64,000 bases of DNA. Origin: Hormiphora californensis. Lineage: Eukaryota; Animalia; Ctenophora. Each line of letters begins with the position of its first letter. The stretch's first letter is position 1. Positions 12,384 to 23,705 of the stretch are shown here, piece after piece. The position numbers were made by a program, and so were the translations under genes. The notes below the pieces were generated by a model. That model worked only from the letters and a program-made list of their open reading frames with translations. It was not told where the DNA came from and made no database searches. The stretch is from NCBI GenBank assembly GCA_020137815.1, contig CM035350.1, forward strand, positions 9,176,001 to 9,240,000. The letters are read 5' to 3'.

Positions 12384-13621
12384 ATGAGTGTTGTGGTCAA
12401 ACGGAAGCCAGTTGCGGCTCATAATTCACATTTTAAGATCAACAGCAATAAGCGGAAACCAAGTAGCAGTAATAACAATTCTAAAAAGCGTCGGAGGGCG
12501 ACCTCTGATAGCGGCGTCCCTGAAAAGGATAAAAGTTTTGTTCCCGGCGGCGATGAAACGGATCCTCTCAATCTAAAAAATCCTGATTTGACTCTCACCT
12601 ACACTCCTTCACCCGATCACAAGAACGATCTTCCAACACCTGTGGTTTTTGTTGATCAAAGTGACCCACTATGCCTAAAGAGGTCGCCGAAGAGAAAGCG
12701 AGAGAGGAAACACAGCCGTCGTAAAAGTAGTATGAGTGACGATAAACCTCCGGACATAAAATTCAACGAGAAAGCTAAAAAGTTTGCATATGGAAACTAC
12801 TCCAAATATTATGGGTATAGAAACCCCGCCTTCGATAAGGATCCTCGACTTCAGTTTCTTGATTCGTCCCTCTTTTCCTGGAAAGATGTTTTAGACTTGG
12901 GCTGTAACATCGGTCATATAACCCTGACAATCGCTAAAGACTACGAACCTAAGAAGATCCTCGGGGTTGATATAGATGGGAATTTGATCAACATTGCCCG
13001 GAAGAATATCAGAAGGTACCTGAGCAAGGAGAAGAGTTCAGAGTTTCCTGTCAGCATGCAGGTGTGTTATGGTCCGCTATTTGGCCCAGGATCCAACAAC
13101 ACAACATTCCCCAACAATGTCACATTCAGACAGGTTAGTGAAAAACAACGATTTAGCAGTACTAAACAACGATTTAGCAGTAGTACTATAATTCAGTTAG
13201 TGGATCGTAACAAAAATAATAGTTCTCGTCATCGGTATTACCTAATCGTGTTCCCTTTCTCACAGAACCCTGCTATTTCTCCCTCTTATTATCGACCTAA
13301 CAAGTCCCTTTTTCAGGAGAACTGGGTACCTAACGAGGGTGCTACAGAGCCAACGGAGATGTTCGATGTTATTCTCTGTCTATCTGTTACAAAGTGGGTT
13401 CATCTGAACTGGGGAGACCTGGGGATCAAGAACTTGTTTAGGAAGGTATGTGTATGTAAAGGAGGGTTAGAACATAATATAACTGCACCATGACACTGTC
13501 TCAGTTCTACAATAATCGATGATTGGTATACAGTAACACATATATCTGTGAGGGGGGCAACGTGTAACACATCCTCTTAGAGTGTAACAAATCCCTCTAC
13601 CTCACGTGTACACTCTCTCTC

Positions 13622-13686
<65 letters not shown>

Positions 13687-14578
13687 ATCTCTTTCTCTTC
13701 CTGTTACACTCCCCACCACACACACACACACATATTGACACGCTGTGACACGTGACATAATTGGGTGTGTAACAAAGACTGCATCTTGTTACAAAAGACT
13801 GATGCCTCCAGTCTCCTGAAATGGATGTGTCTACTCCTAGATAATAATTCCCCCTAGATGTACCAGGGATGTGTACAATATCCGCCCTAACAACTCCTCT
13901 CCCCCACTGCAGATGTACCAGAGCATCAGACCGGGTGGCAAGCTGATTCTAGAGTGTCAGCACTGGAAGGGGTACGGAAGGAGGAAAAAGCTAACTCCCG
14001 CCATTTACAAGAACTACCAGGAGATAAGGATTCTCCCTCACGAGTTCCCCCAATACCTTCAGACTATTGGATTCACCAAGTGGCGTACTCTGGGCGTACC
14101 AAGTCATTCACAGAAAGGTAAGGTCATCATTTCATCCTTGGTTAACTGTTATTAGGTATATATGTTTGATAATTGATTATCGATTACAATTTATCATCAA
14201 TTAGTGATATAGCCTTGTTGATAAACTATCGTTACAGGATTCCGAAGACCCATGTGGATGTTCACGAAGCCCCTTGACACTGTTATTTCACCGAGTCAAG
14301 AGGATAACACAGACTTCAGCAGCACTCAGCAGAGCTCTTCCTCTTCCTCCGGTGCTCTGCAAAGCGCTTCAAGTCAGGGAGTTTCAAGTAGTCAGGGTGT
14401 ATCTAGCAGCCAGGGAGTTTCAAGTAGTCAGAATGAGTTACCCCTGGGTGGTGAAGCTGGCAAAACGCCCCCATCACATTGTGATGAAAACTCTAACAAT
14501 GACATCAATCATGACACGAGTAGTAAGGATGACTTGAAGACCGATGTAACGGAGGATTCCCCTGAAGCTGAATCGTAA
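12384..14578 (+). CDS. MEPCE: 7SK snRNA methylphosphate capping enzyme (Bin3)
   Basis: Exons approx. 12384-13133, 13317-13445, 13913-14117, 14239-14578. YGNYSKYYGYRN, VLDLGCNIGH, FDVILCLSVTKWVHLNWGD, GFRRP. Confidence 0.95.
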
Positions 14579-15314
14579 TGAGCAACCCACCCACTTTCAA
14601 AAGTGTGCTCAAACAACAGTGGGCTGTATGTGCAGTGGATGTTCTTTCTAAGTTGGAGAGTGGAGCAGGGGGATTCCACCTTCCATCCCCCACAGTGGTA
14701 GATGCTCGGTGGACATCCCATTTGGTGTACGACCAGCGGAGAGGGTAACATTGTTACCATTCTCCAACCACTAGCAAGTCCCGCGACTACTGAAGGTGGG
14801 GAAGAAATTGACTAGCCTGTCTGGCGCGGATTTGATGCCACCACAATTTTATTGGAGCCAATACAAAGTACTGACTCCATGTTTATAAACTGATCTATTT
14901 GATAAGACAGAGTATGGGGGAGTGAGATATGGGTTGGTGTAGTAAGACAAGGTGCGGGGTGATACGGGATGTGAAAATGGTGAGCGAGAACTGAAATGAT
15001 GGGCAAATAGATGTGAAAAAGGCGAGGAAAAGGAGTGATAAAGAAGGGTAAATTTGTGTTTTTTGACCAGTGCAGCAAAGAGAGAGTTTCAAGTTGTTTT
15101 TACCACAAAGTTTACGTATATATTTGCACAAAGAGCGAAGTAAGTTTTTCGTAATATTTAATTTCGTCTTTTTTATCTTCGTGAACCCTACTCCCTAGTA
15201 ACTCCCTAGCAACTACCACTGAAACTCCCTAGCAACTCCCTAGCAACTACCACTCAACTTTAGTGAAATCCACTTCCTTCATTACCCGATTTCAATCCCA
15301 CCTCTTATCTAGCC

Positions 15315-17918
15315 ATGCCATACGCTAACCAGCCGACGATAAAGATCCTTGAACTCACCGATGAAAATATCAAGTTCATTATTGAGAAAACGGACCTTTC
15401 AATGGCTAACTCCCTGAGACGTGTATTCATTGCTGAGGTATATAAACCCATTGAACGGGATTGTATGTTTGTTGCATGCGAAATATTTGTAAATATTATA
15501 ATTTATTATACATACAGCCCTGCCATTTCTCACAATATATTTGTACTGACATTAGTAGGTGTATGTGCTCCTTTTTATTGGACTACACCGTACAGTGCTG
15601 GGTAACTGCCAGTATCCTCCTGTCAGTTTGTCAGTCTGTGTTACTGCACTAAGCAATGTCTCATGTCTGTAGTACTGTATATTTATACTAGAACTGTCTG
15701 CTGTCTGTATGTTTGTACTAGTATACTGTCTATCTGCTGTCTGTATGTTTGTAGGTACTAGTATACTGTCTATATGCTGTCTGTATGTTTGTACATTGGA
15801 CCACACTCAATAAGATCTGTTCTATATCCCATACACGCTCAGATATTATGTCTGCTCTACTAAATAATGTAAATATATGTGTAGTACCCTGTGTAGTATA
15901 ACTAGTACACAGTACCGTACTAGCATGATTATACACTACACAATGTTATGTAGTAATGATATAGGTAATATCTCATACACGTGTGTTTTGTGAGTTTTGC
16001 CAGCTTCACTGTCAGAAACACATGGTTTACAGTTTCATACAAGTACATTGTACACACATGTATAATTTCACACACCGAATGTACACTGGACCGTTAGTTG
16101 CAGTTGCTATTTAAGTACCATGTTGCGCCATCAGGGGGCCCCTTTCCCTAAAATCCCACTGTGTTTCAGGTTTGCACGCTGGCGATAGATTGGGTTCAAA
16201 TCCAACAGAACACCTCCGTGTTGATCGACGAGTTTCTATCCCACAGGATGGGTCTGATTCCCCTTACTTCTGATGAAATAGTGGATCAACTCCAGAACTT
16301 CAGGGACTGCTCATGCGGTAATTCATCGATTGTCAGAGTTTTTGATATTCTCTCTGGGCAGTACAAATGAACCAGACGGGTATAATCGACTCCCGAGACC
16401 CGATCTCACCCCCCCCCCCAATAAGTATAACACTTCCACTCCCCTACAGTGGACTATTGTAGAGAGTGCTCAGTGGAGTTGACCCTTGATGTACGGTGTA
16501 ATGAGGAGACACCCCGACACGTTACAACACGTGACCTGATCAGCAGTAATCTCAAGTGTATACCCGCCACCAGCAAAGTTCGAGATCACGAGGCTGATGG
16601 AGATGGAAGTCCGGTTAGTTTGTCTGTCTTTCTGTCTGTCTGTCTGTTAGTTTGTTTGTCTGTCTAGACTCTAGTGCCTATCAGCTATCTTTCTGTTAGT
16701 TTGTTTGTCTGTCTAGACTCTAGTGCCTATCAGCTATCTTTCTGTTAGTTTGTTTGTCTGTCTAGACTCTAGTGCCTATCAGCTATCTTTCTGTTAGTTT
16801 GTTTGTCTGTCTAGACTCTAGTGCCTATCTGTTAGTTTGTTTGTTTGTTTGTCTGTCTAGACTCTAGTGCCTATCAGCTATCTTTCTGTTAGTTTGTTAG
16901 TTTGTTTGTCTGTCTAGACTCTAGTGCCTATCAGCTGTCTTACTGTTAGTTTGTTTGTCTGTCTAGACTCTAGTGCCTATCAGCTATCTTTCTGTTAGTT
17001 TGTTTGTCTGTCTAGACTCTAGTGCCTATCAGCTATCTTTCTGTTAGTTTGTTTGTCTGTCTAGACTCTAGTGCCTATCAGCTATCTTTCTGTTAGTTTG
17101 TTTGTGTGTGCTGCGTCCAGTTAAATCATGGATATCATTTCAAAATCATGGTTATCAGTATCATGGATATCAAGTTAGATCCTCACACCTTACTACATAT
17201 AAAACCTAATTAATGACTTCCTCCTCGTCCACTGAATCTACCCTTGACTCCTTTTACCCCCCCCCCCTCTGGACAGGATGATATTTTGATCTGTAAGTTG
17301 AGAAAAGGGCAGCATCTCAAGATGAAGATGTATGCAAGGAAGGGGTTTGCAAAGGAACACAACAAGTGGAGCCCTTGCTCTGCAGTTGGCTTCGAATATG
17401 ATCCCGACAATGCTCTTCGGTAAGTTTGTACTACACGTATTATTCAATAGTAGGTCACCATATCGTGTTCTTTGTATTAGAAAGTGTTCAACCTGGGCTT
17501 CTAATGATTCTACAGCGCATCCAGTTAACGATTGCAACACTTCTTCCAGTTCTACATCTAACAGATCCTTCCTTTCAGACACACAACGTACCCAGTTGCC
17601 AAGGACTGGCCCAAGAGCGACTATTCTGAGCTGGAGGAAGACCAGGATCAGGCCCCCTATGAAGTATTTGGGAAACCCGAGAAGTTCTGGTACAACTTGG
17701 AAAGTGTGGGATCCCTAAAACCAGAGAGTATCGTACTAACTGGCCTACAGGTCAGATACTAATTAGCTAATTAGCTAGTAGATAGTAAACAATTAGCTAA
17801 AAGTTATTATATTAGCTCTAAACTCACATACATTTGCCAGGTACTAAAGAAAAAACTAATGGATGTGCAGAACCACTATAATAACGAAATAGCGAAGGAG
17901 GCGCTATATATTGGTTGA
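15315..17918 (+). CDS. POLR2C: RNA polymerase II subunit RPB3
   Basis: Six exons. [32 protein letters not shown]|[63 protein letters not shown]. Confidence 0.97.
16644..17103 (+). repeat. 49-bp intronic tandem repeat (~9 copies)
   Basis: Unit ctgttagtttgtttgtctgtctagactctagtgcctatcagctatcttt in POLR2C intron 3. Confidence 0.92.
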
Positions 17919-18067
17919 CGGAACTGCCTAGAGAGAGAGACTCTTTTTATATTATATTCATTTTAATACTATTTTATTTTACCATCTCCAGATGTCTGAA
18001 ACCCTAGTTTTCTAACTTATAAAACCCATCCCAAACATTAAACCTTGATATCTAGTAGTACAGAGAT

Positions 18068-18510
18068 ATGGGAAGGCGAAGGAGTAAGAGGAAACCACCG
18101 CCGAAGAAGAAGCTGACTGGTACTCTTGATACCCTCTTTGATTGTCCCTTCTGTAACCACGAGCAGAGCTGTGATGTCAAACTCGATAGACAAAGTAAGA
18201 ATACACCTAAACACACAGTGACATAGACAAAGTAAGGGAATATCTTGAGGCTCAAACAAATAGTTTAGTTGATTAAATTCTTAGACTGAAATATATATTC
18301 TAACTCTCCTCTCTTTCCCCAGATCACACATCACTCACCAGTGCCGGGTGTCTAACTCCCCTCTCTCTCTCCCCAGATCACACAGCCCAGATCCAGTGCC
18401 GGGTGTGCGTTGAGAGTTACAAGTGTACGATAAACTACCTCAGCGAACCAGTAGACGTATACAGTGAGTGGATTGATGCTTGTGAGGAGGCGAATAAAGA
18501 CAATGACTGA
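18068..18510 (+). CDS. ELOF1: Transcription elongation factor 1 homolog (Elf1)
   Basis: Not in the ORF track. Exons 18068-18194 and 18377-18510: [42 protein letters not shown]|[44 protein letters not shown]. Confidence 0.96.
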
Positions 18511-19052
18511 TGAAGATAGAAAGAGATAATAAGATGATGATGACGAGAGAGAGACAAAGCGTGTGTGTGTGAGAGTGTGTGAGAGAGTGAGAGATGTTTT
18601 ATATGACATCACGAACATTACCAGATACATCACCTGCTGTTATACATGTACTTTATTTGCTAGAAGATCGTTGATAGCGAGAGATCAAGAAAGAGGGAGA
18701 GAGAGATAGGAGAGAGACCAAGAAAAAGGGAGAGCTAGAGCGAGGTGTGACGGCTGTTTTAATATGTGTGTTTTTAAGACATTCATCTATTGGGGTATTA
18801 TCTCTTTTTATGAGAAGTATAATGTATTGCTGGCTCGTGTCCAACTTGTTGCAACGATAATGAGTCTATATAATCGCTCTCTCCACTGTTTTTCTTCCCT
18901 CTTCTCCTTTCCATGCACTATCTTTGTTTTCTGAAGTTTAGTTCTTATCATACATGATATCTCCTTCCTCCCTCCCTCTCTATCCCTCTCTCTCTATCCC
19001 TCTATCTCCCTCTCTTTACTATAGGTATATTACCACTATTACACCCACAGCT

Positions 19053-19529
19053 ATGGCAGAAGAGACGACGAAGGCTCCGGTCGACCTACCTCCGAACACC
19101 CAAGAAACCATATCAGACCTCCTTCACAAATCGATCCTAGTTTTCAGTCACATAAAAGAGTTCAGGGTATCAGAACCAGATGAACAGAAGCATCGAACCC
19201 GACTAAACCGGGTATCAACATATGCCGGTGACGTGTTAAAGATCTTCCAAACACTCCGGGAGAATTGTGAGGCTCTTGACACTGCCACCAAGGACTATTC
19301 AGAGACAGAGCTGGAGAAGGCAGCTAGGGAGATAGTCCTGAGGGAACTAATGGGTGATGAGGGGGAGGACAATGAAGAGATGGGGGAAGGAGAGGAGAAG
19401 TCAGAGTTGGAGAAAGAGAGGGATGAATTGAGGGGGGAATTGGAGTTTTATAATGAACAATTGAAGGAGATAATCGATAGGACAAGGACAGTTATTAGTG
19501 ATGTAAATTCAATACAGTATTTCAATTGA
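19053..19529 (+). CDS. MED30: Mediator subunit 30-like, single exon
   Basis: QETISDLL...VF, IFQTLR..CE, and C-terminal NEQLKEIIDRTRTVISDVNSI, which resembles MED30 NxQLKxIxDxLRxxIWDIN. Confidence 0.75.
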   Translation: MAEETTKAPVDLPPNTQETISDLLHKSILVFSHIKEFRVSEPDEQKHRTRLNRVSTYAGDVLKIFQTLRENCEALDTATKDYSETELEKAAREIVLRELMGDEGEDNEEMGEGEEKSELEKERDELRGELEFYNEQLKEIIDRTRTVISDVNSIQYFN

Positions 19530-19657
19530 TTATTTTATTATTGTACCACTTTTAAAAATCATATTTAAATCACATATTTCCCCCCCCCCTTCTATCTCTC
19601 TCCTTTTATCTATCTTGTTTATCCCCCTCTATAATCCTTGTAATTCTTGTCAGGACC

Positions 19658-20622
19658 TGGAATTTTTGGGGGCAAGCTAATTTTTCACCAAATGTTACCC
19701 AAGGGTCCCCTGAGTCACCACAAAAAAGTCTAAGAGTGAAGTCCTTGCGGAGAGGTCATTTCCGGGCCACGCCCCTTTTTACCTGTATTATCAGTCATAA
19801 TTCCAAAATTATGTAAATCCTTTTAGGAAAAGAGTAGAGAAAAAACCAAGGGCACTAGAGTGATCAGCGTCCTCACATTAGTGGGGGTAGGTGCAAAAAT
19901 TAAGTTTCTATCTGGTCGCGTTAATGAGTTAATTGGATAATTAGGTGCGCAAATAATCGTTTTTGGCCATATGGCTATAGCCACTTTGGAATGGTTTAGA
20001 GACTTTTCACTGGTGCCATTTTGTAGGCAATGGCTAACTTATGGGGGGTCGTGGTCGGACTTTTAAGCTCTATCTCCAACCGTTTAGCCGTTATTTGGAT
20101 TCAAAGGTGCTGAAATGAGCACAAAGAGGCACAAAATCGGACTAATTACCATTTTTTGCTCATTTTCAGCACCTTTGAATCCAAATAACAGCTAAACGGT
20201 TGGAGATAGAGCTTAAAAGTCCGACCACGACCCCCCATAAGTTAGCCATTGCCTACAAAATGGTACCAGTGAAAAGTCTCTAAACCATTTTAAAGTGGCT
20301 ATAGCCATATGGCCAAAAACGGTTATTCGCGCACCTAATTATCCAATTAACTCATTAACGCGACCAGATAGAAACTTAATTTTTGCACCTACCCCCACTA
20401 ATGTGAGGACGCTGATCACTCTAGTGCCCTTGGTTTTTTCTCTACTCTTTTCCTAAGAGGATTTACATAATTTTGGAATTATGACTGATAATACAGGTAA
20501 AAAGGGGCGTGGCCCGGAAATGACCTCTCCGCAAGGACTTCACTCTTAGACTTTTTTGTGGTGACTCAGGTGACCCTTGGGTAACATTTGGTGAAAAATT
20601 AGCTTGCCCCCCAAAAATTCCA
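19658..20622. mobile_element. Foldback element: ~465-bp near-perfect inverted arms around a ~30-nt loop
   Basis: tggaatttttgggggcaagc... mirrored by ...gcttgcccccaaaaattcca; centre ~20125-20155. No unambiguous TSD. Confidence 0.88.
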
Positions 20623-20639
20623 TTACATGGTTTACGATT

Positions 20640-23600
20640 ACCTACAACTATGGCTCATGCAACTATGGCTCATAGAATCTATGAGCCATAGATGCATGCA
20701 ACTATGGCTCATAGAATCTATGAGCCATAGATGCATACAACTATGGCTCATAGAAATGTGATCTGATTAGGTTCTATGAGCCAAAGCTACCGTGTGCGGC
20801 AAAAAAAAGCCCCCCCTAGACCACCATAGTTGCCGATGTGGTGGAGAGCTGTAACTTGGCAGGGTTGCTCCACTATGTCTATCTTGATCCTGACAGAAAA
20901 ATCAGAGCTCTAGCTCAAAATTCATTTTTTTGGTAGGAATGAACATTGTCATTCATTCCAAGAAAAAAATATTTTCGGTCCAGAATTCAAGCAATTATCT
21001 TTGGCCATCGATTAGCTTTCCAATGTGACCAAGATCATCTAAATTGGGCAACCACAAGAGACACAGTGTCATGTTTCTTAAAGTTAGTCAGGTCATGTGA
21101 TCTTCACCGAATCGTTGAGTGTTCAGTATTACGAATCGGTCTAAGTGGTAGAGAATCACGTATCACGGCTACTAATGAGGGATGACGATGCTGATTGGTC
21201 ATGAGATCTGTAGCTCTTTGATAAATGTCCTCTTTCCTCGAATCACATTACCCTGTATTGGTACACATACCTCATTAGCGGCCGTGATACGAGATTCCTC
21301 TGCCCATTGGCTCGATTAGCAATCCCGGATAATCAACGATTCGGTGAAGATCACATGACCTGACTAACTTTAAGAAACATGACACTGTGTCTCTTGTGGT
21401 TGCCCAATTTAGATGATCTTGGTCACATTGGAAAGCCAATCGATGGCCAAAGATAATTGCTTGAATTCTGGACCGAAAATATTTTTTTCTTGGAATGAAT
21501 GACAATGTTCATTCCTATCAAAAAAATGAATTTTGAGCTAGAGCTCTGATTTTTCTGTCAGGATCAAGATAGACATAGTGGAGCAACCCTGCCAAGTTAC
21601 AGCTCTCCACCACATCGGCAACTATGGTGGTCTAGGGGGGGGCTTTTTTTTGCCGCACACGGTAGTGAGAGTGAGAGGGACGTGAGTGACACGTGAGAGA
21701 TCAAATCATATCATATTGAATGAGCACAAATGTAAACGATTTACATAATAATAAATCTAATATTACATAATTAAAATTACACTATCAGTTCATCTTGGAT
21801 ATAATGGTAAAAGGGGTCCTTCTTTGGACAGTTCATAGAGCTTTTCACGTGAATCAGCAGCTGTTTATTCAGATCTGTGATCTGGTAGGTACTAAACAGC
21901 CGCCTTGCATTATCACTATCAGGATCCACAGTAAAAAAACTCTCCAACAGGTCTGATTTTCGAGAAAGTAGTATAGGTAGGATATTCCCAGAAATTGCCT
22001 GGCTAAATTTTCTGATCTTTCACACTCTTCCAAAACCTCCCGGTACTCGTTGAACGTTGTAGTGTTGTTAGTGACGTCTATAACAATTATAGCCAGTGAA
22101 TCCACTAACAAATTCTAATGAGCGGGATGAATATGTGACAGTGTCACATATCCATCCCCCTCACTGACACGATTCTGGGATGCTTCATTAGCAGAGTGAA
22201 ACGATACGAGATACGAAACTTATGATTCGGGGGAGCTCATTAGCAGTGTGAGACGATACGGTATGTGGAACATGATTCGGAGAAGCTTATTAAGGAGTGT
22301 TAGACGATATGAGACACGATTCGGAGACTGTTTTATCGCTCTTTCTATCTATCTCTATCTCTTTTTGTCAATTATCTTGGACTTGAGAGTTGCCTACCCT
22401 TACTATAATGCGAGCTGACGCTACGCACTTGGTGAGTTTAGTGCCCTTATTTTTGGTAATGAGAGCCTATCGGCTCGGCCGCATTGTTTTTAGGAGGATA
22501 TGTTATTTTAGATGGAATGCGTTGGGTTTTATTTATTTTCGAGTCTTGCCAAACAGACCAAATTCAAACCATTTCATCTAAAACAACAACATATCCCCCT
22601 AAAAATAACGGGGCTGGACAAAAATAAGGGCACCAAAGTGTGTAGCTTCCTCGCATTAGTATGGATAGGAACTAGGTATCTCATCTGGTTCTCAAGATAA
22701 TTGACAAAAAGAGATAGAGATATAGATAGAAACTAGAAAGAGCGATAAAACAGTCTCCGAATCGTGACTCATATCGTCTAACACTCCTTAATAAGCTTCT
22801 CCGAATCATGTTCCACATACCGTATCGTCTCACACTGCTAATGAGCTCCCCCGAATCATAAGTTTCGTATCTCGTATCGTTTCACTCTGCTAATGAAGCA
22901 TCCCAGAATCGTGTCAGTGAGGGGGATGGATATGTGACACTGTCACATATTCATCCCGCTCATTAGAATTTGTTAGTGGATTCACTGGCTATAATTGTTA
23001 TAGACGTCACTAACAACACTACAACGTTCAACGAGTACCGGGAGGTTTTGGAAGAGTGTGAAAGATCAGAAACTTTAGCCAGGCAATTTCTGGGAACATC
23101 CTACCTATACTACTTTCTCGAAAATCAGACCTGTTGGAGAGTTTTTTTACTGTGGATCCTGATAGTGATAATGCAAGGCGGCTGTTTAGTACCTACCCGA
23201 TCATAGATTTGAATAAACATCGTGTTAAGGAGCTGCTGATTCACGTGAGAAGCTCTATGAACTGTCCAAAGAAAGACCCCTTTTACCATTATATCCAAGA
23301 TGAACTGATAGTGTAATTTTAATTATGTAATATTAGATTTATTATTATGTAAATCGTTTACATTTGTGCTCATTCAACATTATATGATTCGATCTCTCAC
23401 GTGTCACTCACGTGTCACTCATGTGTCACTCACGTGTCACTCACGTGTCACTCACGTGTCACTCGCGTGTCACTCACGTGTCACTCATGTCCCTCTCACA
23501 CTCATTAGCTATGGCTAATAGAACCTAATCAGATCACATTTCTTTTAGCCATAGTTGTATGCATCTATGGCTCATAGAATCTATGGGCCATAGTTGCATG

Positions 23601-23655
23601 CATCTATGGCTCATAGATTCTATGAGCCATAGTTGCATGAGCCATAGTTGTAGGT
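20640..23655. mobile_element. Large foldback element (~2.1 kb plus nested insertion) with palindromic subterminal repeats
   Basis: acctacaactatggctca... / ...tgagccatagttgtaggt. Arms 20640-20789 plus 21665-~22390 mirror ~22690-23655. The same ORF (MLVDSLAII...) is called on both strands. Confidence 0.88.
20790..21662. mobile_element. Tc1/mariner/pogo-type MITE with ~330-bp TIRs, nested in the left arm of the 20640-23655 element
   Basis: TA|CCGTGTGCGGCAAAAAAAAGCCCCCC ... GGGGGGCTTTTTTTTGCCGCACACGG|TA. The empty site is visible in the host's right arm (~23490-23515). Confidence 0.9.
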
Positions 23656-23705
23656 CACCTGGTTTACTAACCCCCTGTCTCTACAATAGCTCTAGGAACT
23701 ACACC

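Noticed and set aside
20946-21505. Paired ORFs MSFIPRKKYF... on opposite strands
   Set aside because: Mirror images within MITE TIRs with non-ATG starts and no transposase motifs.
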